The position numbers were made by a program, and so were the translations under genes. The notes beneath the pieces were generated by a model. The model did no database searches. It saw only the letters and a program-made list of their open reading frames with translations, and was not told where the DNA came from. This document shows, piece by piece, positions 1 to 7,148 of a DNA stretch of 53,003 bases; within the stretch, counting starts at the first letter, position 1, and the number at the start of each line of letters is the position of its first letter. The stretch comes from Bacillales bacterium (GTDB lineage Bacteria; Bacillota_I; Bacilli_A; RFN20; CAG-826), in the NCBI GenBank assembly GCA_016287465.1, contig JAEEWP010000001.1, positions 1 through 53,003 of the forward strand, written 5' to 3'.

Positions 1-220
1 TTGTGTTGCCAAGAATCTTCTCGGTCCACCTGGCAGCAGTCCTCATCTCTTCGTAAACGATGGTCATGTTTTTGTGGCTGAAGGTCTTTTCGAAACACTC
101 ATTGAAAGCGTCACGGGACGCTTCAAAGCCTCTTGCCACCACTTTTTGAGGCTTTGTTTGGCAAGACGCTAAACAAAGGGCGGATGAGATGATAGCGATG
201 AATAATTTGGTTTTACGCAT
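1..220 (-). CDS. putative lipoprotein, N-terminal part only (gene runs off the left edge)
   Basis: ATG at 218-220 (minus) with GGAGG 8 nt upstream. My translation MRKTKLFIAIISSALCLASCQTKPQKVV... shows a signal peptide plus lipobox LASC. The frame is open to position 1. It is absent from the ORF track because it is truncated. Confidence 0.6.
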   Translation of the reverse strand, partial: MRKTKLFIAIISSALCLASCQTKPQKVVARGFEASRDAFNECFEKTFSHKNMTIVYEEMRTAARWTEKILGNT

Positions 221-289
221 AGGACGCACCTCCATATGAAACCTTAATAACGTTACCGCAAACGACATTTCAAAAGCAATAGACGTGAA

Positions 290-317
290 AAGGACGTTCC
301 CTAAAGGGAACGTCCTT
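290..317 (-). terminator. intrinsic terminator hairpin
   Basis: Perfect 12-bp stem AAGGACGTTCCC/GGGAACGTCCTT with a 4-nt loop, followed by a short T run on the minus strand. It lies downstream of 451..1068 and the small ORF 320..412. Confidence 0.5.
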
Positions 318-319
318 CA

Positions 320-412
320 TTAATCAGTCATGCCAATAGACTCCTCAGAGGAGGCAAGAAATAATATGACAGGTAATATGAAAGATAAGGCAATTCGTTT
401 GGTGTTTTTCAT
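320..412 (-). CDS. candidate small membrane peptide (30 aa)
   Basis: Hand translation MKNTKRIALSFILPVILFLASSEESIGMTD*. GAGGAG lies 8 nt upstream of the ATG, there is one hydrophobic helix, and the 290..317 hairpin follows. It is below the ORF-track size cutoff. Confidence 0.3.
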   Translation of the reverse strand: MKNTKRIALSFILPVILFLASSEESIGMTD

Positions 413-450
413 AAAAGTATCTCCTCTCGTCTAATAAGACGATTGATTTG

Positions 451-1068
451 CTAAAAAGCGTTCAAAGTGTTGTTTGACGATTGCTCGTCGCCAAGTTGGG
501 TGAATTCAACCTTGGCATTTTCGTCGTAGCTGTACCAAATATGGTACTCAAGGCCTTTGTAAGCCTTATCTAAGTAGAGGGTCCTACCTTGGTAATGGTA
601 AAAATCCTTATGTGCGCATTCGAAGGCTTCTTTAGCGCCATCCATACCGGTGAAGTGCGAATAGGATAACGCCGTGTCATCGCGGACGCATTCGTATTCA
701 ACCGTCCTGGTTTTCATGTTCAGATAGTAACTATGCACGCTCCAGATAGGTCCGACGGTCCTGTTATAGATATATTCGACATAGTCTTTCGACCCTTCTG
801 TTTCGTACACCTTGATTGGATATGGACCAGTATCATGGTCTAGGCCTTGAACGACCCTACACCTATACACTCCATCGAGGTAAAGCGGCTTGAAACCAGG
901 GCCAAGATATTCGTAGACATAATCAAAGCACTCTTTGTGCTCGCCACTCACGACGTAATGACCGTCTTTGGTCTTTATGTCAATCTTTTGGCAATTAATC
1001 TGGTTAGAGTGGGCGGAACATCCACTCAAACAAACGACTAGTAACGATGATAGCAACGTTTTCTTCAT
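451..1068 (-). CDS. hypothetical lipoprotein
   Basis: 205-aa ORF. The N-terminus MKKTLLSSLLVVCLSGCSAH has a signal peptide and lipobox LSGC. AAAGGAGG RBS. No family recognised. Confidence 0.8.
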   Translation of the reverse strand: MKKTLLSSLLVVCLSGCSAHSNQINCQKIDIKTKDGHYVVSGEHKECFDYVYEYLGPGFKPLYLDGVYRCRVVQGLDHDTGPYPIKVYETEGSKDYVEYIYNRTVGPIWSVHSYYLNMKTRTVEYECVRDDTALSYSHFTGMDGAKEAFECAHKDFYHYQGRTLYLDKAYKGLEYHIWYSYDENAKVEFTQLGDEQSSNNTLNAF

Positions 1069-1160
1069 ATCAGCTCCTCCTTTACTCCTTGGATAAGGCC
1101 ACTATAGAATATTCGGTTTCGGTAATTCAATACTTAATTTCGAAGAAGACGAAATAAAAA

Positions 1161-1180
1161 GCCCGACATCTCTATCGGGC
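1161..1180 (-). terminator. intrinsic terminator, copy 1 of a conserved-loop hairpin
   Basis: GCCCGA-CATCTCTA-TCGGGC flanked by A5 and T6, so it could act in both directions. It lies just downstream of the stop at 1193. Confidence 0.6.
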
Positions 1181-1192
1181 CAGGTTTTTTGA

Positions 1193-1630
1193 TTAACGTC
1201 TGCGATGGTCGGACGATTTTCGTTTACTCGTTTGAACGTGTCTCCTCTTTTTTTGATAGAGCCTTTCTCTTCGGATCCTTTCCTCAACAATTCTCTCATC
1301 ACGAAGCCTCGGGTCTAGGTCTTCTTTGCTCACACAAAACATGAAGACTGATGCGAGCACATCCGTTGGTATTAAGAAAATAGCCCAGGCGGTAACAGCT
1401 CCCTTCGATTTTCCCTTAAGAGCTACCAGGCTTCCTATGCTAACAATTATCGAGTAAAAACCATAAACCAAAAGAGCGGTCAAATAAGTGGCCATTAGAG
1501 CATCAAAAGCATTATCCGGATTCCCGCTGGTAACACCCGCAAAAAGAACACTATAAAGTAAGCAATATCCCGTGAAGATTATAAAAGCGGCTAACGTCAA
1601 ACAGACAAATACTTTTGCGACAGTTTTCAT
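1193..1630 (-). CDS. hypothetical polytopic membrane protein with a basic C-terminal tail
   Basis: The ORF track gives 1193..1639 from a GTG. The first ATG (MKTVAKVF...) is at 1630. About 4 hydrophobic helices are followed by an Arg/Lys-rich tail. No clear SD. Confidence 0.6.
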   Translation of the reverse strand: MKTVAKVFVCLTLAAFIIFTGYCLLYSVLFAGVTSGNPDNAFDALMATYLTALLVYGFYSIIVSIGSLVALKGKSKGAVTAWAIFLIPTDVLASVFMFCVSKEDLDPRLRDERIVEERIRRERLYQKKRRHVQTSKRKSSDHRRR

Positions 1631-1713
1631 ATTGTTCACTTTTATTCAAAAGTAAAAAGGGGTCACCTGCAAGCGTTTCTTGGCACGCTGGCCGGCATCT
1701 TTTAAAAGAAAAA

Positions 1714-1733
1714 GCCCGACATCTCTATCGGGC
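1714..1733 (-). terminator. intrinsic terminator, copy 2 of a conserved-loop hairpin
   Basis: The same 20-mer GCCCGACATCTCTATCGGGC as at 1161..1180, with A/T flanks. It lies downstream of the stop at 1753. Confidence 0.6.
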
Positions 1734-1752
1734 TACGTTTTTGTTTGCTGGT

Positions 1753-2217
1753 TTATCCGCCGATAAGCCTGATGAAGTCGATTATCAGACAAGTAATCAA
1801 TAGGCCAGAGAGGACTAATGACAAAGCGGCTTTGTAATAGCTTTGCAACTTATAGCATTTGATGGCTCTAATAAGATTCATGGCGCCATAAGCTCCACTT
1901 GGGATCATGAAGATGATGAGTGGCATGACACGGAGTATGCCATCAGGATGAGCAAGGCTTTGGACGATCCATAGGGCCAATGAGCAGATAATGACAGTCA
2001 AAGAAAGCGGGAGGAAGTCCTTAAGGGTTTGCTCATGAAGGGGTTTTGCTGGGGATTTTACGTTTTTGTTAGCGGTTTTAGGCGCTTCTTGAACGACCGG
2101 TTCCTGTTGAGAAGGTTCATAGGCTTGTTCAGTTATCTCAGCGACTTTGTTTCCGCATTTCGGGCAGAAGCGGGCTTCATCAACCATCGGAGCGCCGCAT
2201 TTAGTGCAGTATTTCAT
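1753..2217 (-). CDS. zinc-ribbon domain membrane protein
   Basis: N-terminus MKYCTKCGAPMVDEARFCPKCG (CxxC...CxxC zinc ribbon), a Pro/Glu/Gln-rich linker, then 3-4 TM helices. The start is 2 nt after the stop of 2220..3755. AAGGGGG RBS. Confidence 0.8.
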   Translation of the reverse strand: MKYCTKCGAPMVDEARFCPKCGNKVAEITEQAYEPSQQEPVVQEAPKTANKNVKSPAKPLHEQTLKDFLPLSLTVIICSLALWIVQSLAHPDGILRVMPLIIFMIPSGAYGAMNLIRAIKCYKLQSYYKAALSLVLSGLLITCLIIDFIRLIGG

Positions 2218-2219
2218 CT

Positions 2220-3755
2220 CTAGAACCCCCTTAAACCGAAATTGATGTTTCCGCCCTCGTGAGTGTCAGCGACTCTGATGGAAGCAACTCCTCCTGAGTC
2301 GACACGCGAGTAATGGTACCACTGGTAGGCGGTTCCAACATAACCTTCATAGTGAAGGAAGGAACCGAGACCGTTGCAATCGTTATAAGTCACTTCAAGA
2401 CCTTCCCAGCTGCTACGATTCCACTCAGCCGAAGCGTAGATGGTGAGTTTGCCATTGCTATACTCCCATTCGCCGACACCTGGCTGAAGGACCAAAAGGT
2501 AATTCGTTGCACTGTCGACCCAAGCGTCTCCGACATAACGGTAGACCTTACCATCGGCGGTTAGGTTGATGGCAAGTCTTTCGCCGAATTCGACGCAGTC
2601 ATAATTATTTCCTTGGTACCAGCCATAGATGGCGTTTCCGCCGCCGACTCCGCCAGAGAAACAGCCAATGCCAACCACGGAGATGATCAAGCAGCATCCG
2701 ATTGAAGCGATAAGCCAGACCGGAGGTTTGCCGTCTTTATGTTTCTTAGACCAATAGACGAAGAAAGCAACGAGTCCTCCTGCTCCAATGACCATGAAGA
2801 CAATACCTAACACCAAAGTGACGTTTCCACCACCGCCACCGCGTCCCTGTTTAGGAGACGAAGGATCGACTATGGAGATGCCAGTTCCTCCGCCGCCGCC
2901 GTTAGGGCCGTTATAACGAACCCTCAAAACAGGTCGGACGCCGATCTTCGGGTCGTTGACAAGGCAATTCGTGCTTCCTTGTTTCGTCCACTGGACGATT
3001 ATTCTGTCGCCTTGCGAACTCTTGGTCTTCGTCCAGAATGGGCCATTCACATAGCTCTGACCTGTTCCTGAATAATTGCCGGAAAGATTTTTGGCGATCG
3101 CGTAGTCGGAAGGGTATTCCGCCTTGTCATCGGCATAGTCCTTCAAAACGCTTGCGTCAGGGAGGTCGACGACATAATCGGGATTATTCGAATCGAATGA
3201 GATGATATAGGCTTCATCGCCGGTATCGAAGGCAGTATCAAAGAAGAATCTATTGGAAATGAAGAGGTCCGAAGATAAGTATTCGAGCCCGTTTCCTGAA
3301 CCGTTAAAGGCCGCTCTTTCTATGATTCTGGTTGAGATGATGTCCGCATACCCCTCTCCAGTCGAGAGGATCTCCCACTTGAGGCCTTCGACGAGGAAGG
3401 CTTTCTCGACGTTGTTCGAAGAGGATGCCAAGGCGCCGTTGTTCCATTTCGCGATCGAAATGAAATCATCATCGATTTTGACGGTCTCTATCACATAAAG
3501 CTTCTCGTTATATGTATATAAACCTGACGAATAATCGTATGCCCCCTCGTCCTTTATTTTGTTAGGGTCGACATCACTTATGGTTTGAGGATAACTTCCG
3601 AACGTAAGAACGCCGTCTTCGAAAACGAGATCAGGAAGAGGTTGTACATCTTCCCAACGCTTAGGTTCTTGCACATAAGGAGATGAGGAAGACAAACCTA
3701 CCCCAAGAGCTATTGCGAATAGGCTTGAAAAGAAAGCGCCTAGATGTTTGTTCAT
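2220..3755 (-). CDS. hypothetical surface/membrane protein with Gly-rich linkers and two internal TM helices
   Basis: 511-aa ORF with a GGAGG RBS and an N-terminal signal sequence. A large extracytoplasmic domain (LTFGSYPQT...) is followed by a GGGGG linker, two TM helices, GGVGGG and a C-terminal domain of about 140 aa. Confidence 0.8.
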   Translation of the reverse strand: MNKHLGAFFSSLFAIALGVGLSSSSPYVQEPKRWEDVQPLPDLVFEDGVLTFGSYPQTISDVDPNKIKDEGAYDYSSGLYTYNEKLYVIETVKIDDDFISIAKWNNGALASSSNNVEKAFLVEGLKWEILSTGEGYADIISTRIIERAAFNGSGNGLEYLSSDLFISNRFFFDTAFDTGDEAYIISFDSNNPDYVVDLPDASVLKDYADDKAEYPSDYAIAKNLSGNYSGTGQSYVNGPFWTKTKSSQGDRIIVQWTKQGSTNCLVNDPKIGVRPVLRVRYNGPNGGGGGTGISIVDPSSPKQGRGGGGGNVTLVLGIVFMVIGAGGLVAFFVYWSKKHKDGKPPVWLIASIGCCLIISVVGIGCFSGGVGGGNAIYGWYQGNNYDCVEFGERLAINLTADGKVYRYVGDAWVDSATNYLLVLQPGVGEWEYSNGKLTIYASAEWNRSSWEGLEVTYNDCNGLGSFLHYEGYVGTAYQWYHYSRVDSGGVASIRVADTHEGGNINFGLRGF

Positions 3756-3923
3756 ATGAAAGCCTCCACTAAAAGAAGGTCATGCTTTGTAAAAATATTG
3801 TCGCACGAAAAAGGCTATTCAGCGTAAGGAAATGCAAAAGTATTTCGCCCAATTTTGGACAATTTTCCAAACATAACAAAAAACACACCTTATGGTGTGT
3901 TGGTTGTATGTATGAGATATAGA

Positions 3924-4856
3924 TTATTCGATGTTCTTTGGCCTTCTGATCATCTGGCTTAAGCGGAAGATCGAGAAACCTTCGCCCAAAAGGATGAATA
4001 AGCCGTTGAGGGCCATGTCACCGATGAACATGGCGCGGAACTCCGGAGCATTTTCGAGGCAGAGATTAAGGGCAGGGATGCCTTTGAGGTCGACGCCCGC
4101 TTCGATGCAGGCTAGGTTGGCGGCCATGACATAGGCAAGGAACACAGCGCCAAGAAGGACGATAAGCGTTGTGGCAAAGCTCATGAAGATCATGACACCG
4201 TTTGGCTTTCCGCCGAATTTCTTATATAAGAATACTCCAAGGAAGATGGCGACAAGCGATGAGAAAGCGGTGATGATGCCGGCAAGAGAGAAGATGATGG
4301 TCAAGGCAAGACCTGCTAAAGCACCGAGCAAGATGCCACCGAAACCTTTGGCGTAGTTGTTTGGCATGTTTTTGAAATCCTCGTTGTTCTTGCTGATCAT
4401 GCTGTTGACGGTCTCAACCGCCTTGATGGAAAGACGGATCTTCACACCATCGCCCTGAAGGGAGATGACCTTGGACTCCACCTCTTCCAGGTTTTCGCCG
4501 GACTGAGGGCAGATTTCCTTCTTAGGCGCTTCAAGCGATTCAAGGATTTCGAGGATGGCGGAAAGAACGCTAGGGAACTTCTTCTCGAAAGTGCCAGCTG
4601 TCATGGCGCCGATCATGATGGCGACGCCGAAATCGAAAGGCACGCATTGGAGAAGTGAGATTTTGCGGCTATTCAACTCCATGACGAAATCGTTCTTTTT
4701 CGTCTGAGGAAGATAAGTCGAGAAAAGGAAAACGGGACCCATGGCCATTGGGTTATTGACGACGTTGACCTCGTATCCGTTTATAAAACCGTAACCATTA
4801 TTCTTCTCGAAAGTGAACCCATAATCCTTTAGGGCGTTGACGATGTGTTTATTCAT
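3924..4856 (-). CDS. hypothetical membrane protein (soluble N-terminal domain plus 4-5 TM helices)
   Basis: 310-aa ORF with an AAGGGG RBS and a terminator hairpin (ACACACC..GGTGTGT) near 3880-3900. No family recognised. Confidence 0.75.
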   Translation of the reverse strand: MNKHIVNALKDYGFTFEKNNGYGFINGYEVNVVNNPMAMGPVFLFSTYLPQTKKNDFVMELNSRKISLLQCVPFDFGVAIMIGAMTAGTFEKKFPSVLSAILEILESLEAPKKEICPQSGENLEEVESKVISLQGDGVKIRLSIKAVETVNSMISKNNEDFKNMPNNYAKGFGGILLGALAGLALTIIFSLAGIITAFSSLVAIFLGVFLYKKFGGKPNGVMIFMSFATTLIVLLGAVFLAYVMAANLACIEAGVDLKGIPALNLCLENAPEFRAMFIGDMALNGLFILLGEGFSIFRLSQMIRRPKNIE

Positions 4857-4962
4857 AAATGATGTACCCCTTGCTAAACCTCATAAATCTTATCGTATTT
4901 TCCGACCGAAAATAGGTATTTCGTTGCGGATTTGCGAGGGTTTTCTTTTGTTATGAAAAAAA

Positions 4963-4982
4963 GCCTGGCATCTCTATCAGGC
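4963..4982 (-). terminator. intrinsic terminator, copy 3 of a conserved-loop hairpin
   Basis: GCCTGG-CATCTCTA-TCAGGC has the same loop as 1161 and 1714, with compensatory stem changes. A7 lies upstream and TTTCTTTC downstream. It follows the vat stop at 4991. Confidence 0.6.
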
Positions 4983-4990
4983 TTTCTTTC

Positions 4991-5629
4991 TTATTTAACG
5001 AGTTCTTTGAGTTTCTCTTTGTCTATCTCGCCGGAAGTTAGGAATGGGATCAGCTTTTTGATCTCTTCGATGTCTTTGTCCCACCACTTGAGTTTGAGGA
5101 GCAAATCGATTGTCACCTTGTCGAATCGGTACTTCTTCACTTGGGCTGGATTGCCAGCAACAACTGAGTAAGGAGGGACGTCTTTGGTTACGACGGAACA
5201 TGCGCCGATGATTGCGCCGTCTCCGATATGAATACCAGGGAGAATCGTCGCTTTTTGGCCAATCCAAACATCATTGCCAACCACCGTATCTCCACGATTT
5301 CCGCGATTTTCAAATGGCCTTGATAAGCCTTTGAATTCATCGATGATCTCGAAAGGATAGGTTGTGTAGCTATCAAGCATGTGGTTGGCGCCGTTCATGA
5401 CGAATTCCACTCCTCTTGCAATAGCGACGAACTTTCCGATGACGAGCTTGTCGCCCATGAAATCGTAGTGATGCGTAACGTGCTTCTCAAAAGACTCCGG
5501 ACCTTCTTCGCTGTCGTCATAGTACGAATAATCGCCGACGATGATGTTGGGTCTCGTGATCACGCTTTTGATATAGCAAAAAGTCTTGAACTGGGAGTTT
5601 GGGTAAATGGGTTCGATCTTCTTTTCCAT
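4991..5629 (-). CDS. Vat-family xenobiotic (streptogramin A type) O-acetyltransferase, hexapeptide-repeat
   Basis: 212 aa. It matches the Vat/XAT pattern throughout: GDYSYYDD, HHYDF..DKL.IGKF, NGANH, GDTV(I)GNDVWIG, GDGAI(V), GGNPA...RF, and the C-terminal KWWDKDIEEI. Confidence 0.88.
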   Translation of the reverse strand: MEKKIEPIYPNSQFKTFCYIKSVITRPNIIVGDYSYYDDSEEGPESFEKHVTHHYDFMGDKLVIGKFVAIARGVEFVMNGANHMLDSYTTYPFEIIDEFKGLSRPFENRGNRGDTVVGNDVWIGQKATILPGIHIGDGAIIGACSVVTKDVPPYSVVAGNPAQVKKYRFDKVTIDLLLKLKWWDKDIEEIKKLIPFLTSGEIDKEKLKELVK

Positions 5630-5658
5630 GGCTTTATTTTACCTAGGGAACGAAAAAA

Positions 5659-5682
5659 CCCTCAACACTTTCGTGTCGAGGG
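5659..5682 (-). terminator. intrinsic terminator after tRNA-Cys
   Basis: CCCTCAACAC-TTTC-GTGTCGAGGG (one mismatch) followed by T6 on the minus strand. Confidence 0.65.
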
Positions 5683-5694
5683 ATTTTCACTAAA

Positions 5695-5768
5695 TGGAGC
5701 ATCCGGGCGGAATCGGACCGCCGGTCATTGAGTTGCAGTCAATTGCCTTACCGCTTGGCTACGGATGC
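5695..5768 (-). tRNA. tRNA-Cys (anticodon GCA)
   Basis: Hand-folded 74-nt cloverleaf. Acceptor stem GCATCCG/CGGATGC, D arm GCC..GGC, anticodon stem ATTGA/TCAAT with loop CTGCAAC, T arm GGCGG-TCCGATT-CCGCC, and an encoded CCA. Confidence 0.85.
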
Positions 5769-5778
5769 AGCGGAAAGA

Positions 5779-5817
5779 ATTATATCACCGAGGTCGGCGA
5801 GTGACAATTCTATTCCT
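5779..5817 (-). promoter_or_regulatory. sigma-70/SigA-type promoter for tRNA-Cys
   Basis: Minus strand TTGTCA, 17 nt, TATAAT (with an upstream TG). The -10 ends about 10 nt before the tRNA 5' end. Confidence 0.55.
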
Positions 5818-5842
5818 GTATTACTTTCTCATCTAGATGAGA

Positions 5843-7045
5843 CTAGTCGACTTTCTTGTATTTGAAGGAAGAGGATTCGAAGAGACCATCGGTGATTTTG
5901 AGGTCTTTTCTCATGACGAGGAGAGGCTTGATGTACTCAGCGAATTTCTTGGAGAGATGGGTGGTATCCTTCATGAAATCCTCTGGGACGTATCTGATCG
6001 CGTCAGCGGCCATCTCAATCGGTTCGAATTCGATCTTGAAGGCGTATGGGTCGTTAGAGGTTCTCTTGAGGACCGCCATCATACCGCTCTTACCTTCGAG
6101 AAGGGCTTTGACGCAGGCTTCGCCACAGGCGATAGCGGCTTCAATATCAACTTCGGAAGCAAGGATGGAGGAGGCACGCATGGAGGTGCTAAGGACGGTA
6201 ACGCGGGTTGGGAGATGGAGGTCTTCCTTAACGCGGGCCTGAAGGGCATAGGCAACGCCTTCGAGCTGAGCGTGGCCGAATGCGTCGACATCATCGCTCT
6301 GGACACCGATGTCGATGCCTTCGCTGAGGGCCACTACCGCATAGCCTTTCTTGAGATAGACGCGGCCAAGGTCCTCATAGAACTTCTTCTGGTCGAGTTT
6401 GACCTCTGGGAGAAGGATGAAGTCTGGACGGCAATCTTCTGGAAGGGCGTCAGCACTGGCGGTTAACCAACCGGTATCTCTGCCCATGATCTCAACAAAG
6501 AGGACTTTGCCTTTCTTGTAGGAACGGACATCAAGGATAAGGGATTTGAGGGCGTTCATGACATAGAGGGCGGCACTTGGGAAACCAAGGGCGAAGTCAG
6601 TGCCCATAAGGTCATTGTCGACGGTCTTTGGAACACCCATGACCTTAAGGTCAAGGCCTTTCTCTTTGGCGAGGTGGCTAAGTCTCATGCAGGTATTCAT
6701 GGAGTCGTTGCCGCCATTGACGAGGAGGCCGTTGATGTTATGTTTCTTGAGGGTTTCCATGATCTTAGCAAAGACTGGGTCATTGAAATCCTTTGGAAGC
6801 TTGTAGCGGGAAGAATGGAGGATCTGGCCTGGGGTCTGGGTGAGAAGGGCGATGTCTTTCTCATCTTCGGCGAATAAATCGACGAGGTTGTCATCGATTA
6901 AGCCTTCGACGCCATAGAGTGAACCGAAGAGGGCTTCGATCTCCTCAGGATGCTTTCTCGCTTCTTTGACAACTCCGCAGAGGGAGGAATTGATGACGGC
7001 AGTCGGACCACCGCTTTGGAAATAGACGATTCTCATCTTGCTCAT
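5843..7045 (-). CDS. 6-phosphofructokinase, long (400 aa) form with PPi-PFK-like motifs
   Basis: PFK family motifs FQSGGPTAVIN, GGNDS, PKTVDNDL and MGRDTGW. AGGAG RBS. Confidence 0.92.
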   Translation of the reverse strand: MSKMRIVYFQSGGPTAVINSSLCGVVKEARKHPEEIEALFGSLYGVEGLIDDNLVDLFAEDEKDIALLTQTPGQILHSSRYKLPKDFNDPVFAKIMETLKKHNINGLLVNGGNDSMNTCMRLSHLAKEKGLDLKVMGVPKTVDNDLMGTDFALGFPSAALYVMNALKSLILDVRSYKKGKVLFVEIMGRDTGWLTASADALPEDCRPDFILLPEVKLDQKKFYEDLGRVYLKKGYAVVALSEGIDIGVQSDDVDAFGHAQLEGVAYALQARVKEDLHLPTRVTVLSTSMRASSILASEVDIEAAIACGEACVKALLEGKSGMMAVLKRTSNDPYAFKIEFEPIEMAADAIRYVPEDFMKDTTHLSKKFAEYIKPLLVMRKDLKITDGLFESSSFKYKKVD

Positions 7046-7100
7046 AAAAATATTTCTCCTATATGAACTGATATCTTTGATATCTTAGCACAAAAAGAAA

Positions 7101-7122
7101 ACCGCCTGATATATCAAGCGGT
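7101..7122 (-). terminator. intrinsic terminator after potD
   Basis: ACCGC..GCGGT extended hairpin, followed on the minus strand by TTTTCTTTTT. Confidence 0.6.
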
Positions 7123-7148
7123 CTTTTTTGTTAACGATTATCTTTCGA

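Noticed and set aside
5827-5842. The 16-bp perfect palindrome TCTCATCTAGATGAGA immediately after the pfk stop, and the GATATC-TTT-GATATC pair upstream of pfk (7062..7076), as operators.
   Set aside because: The first has no loop and overlaps the region just upstream of the tRNA-Cys -35. The second is a short repeat of a 6-bp self-complementary word. There is no matching second site and no nearby regulator, so I cannot separate either from chance.
5837-6466. Long plus-strand ORFs antisense to real genes: 5837..6466 and 5856..6242 in pfk, 7128..7664 and 8004..8366 in potD, 10197..10964 in potA, 20354..21601 in infB, 22631..23034 in nusA, 27956..28546, 28709..29401 in degV, and 31465..32184 across the lipoprotein pair.
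   Set aside because: Each lies fully inside a minus-strand gene that has clear family motifs, an RBS and a terminator. Their translations are low-complexity (Gly/Asp/Val/Phe-rich) with no motifs. They are the usual shadow ORFs opposite codon-biased genes.
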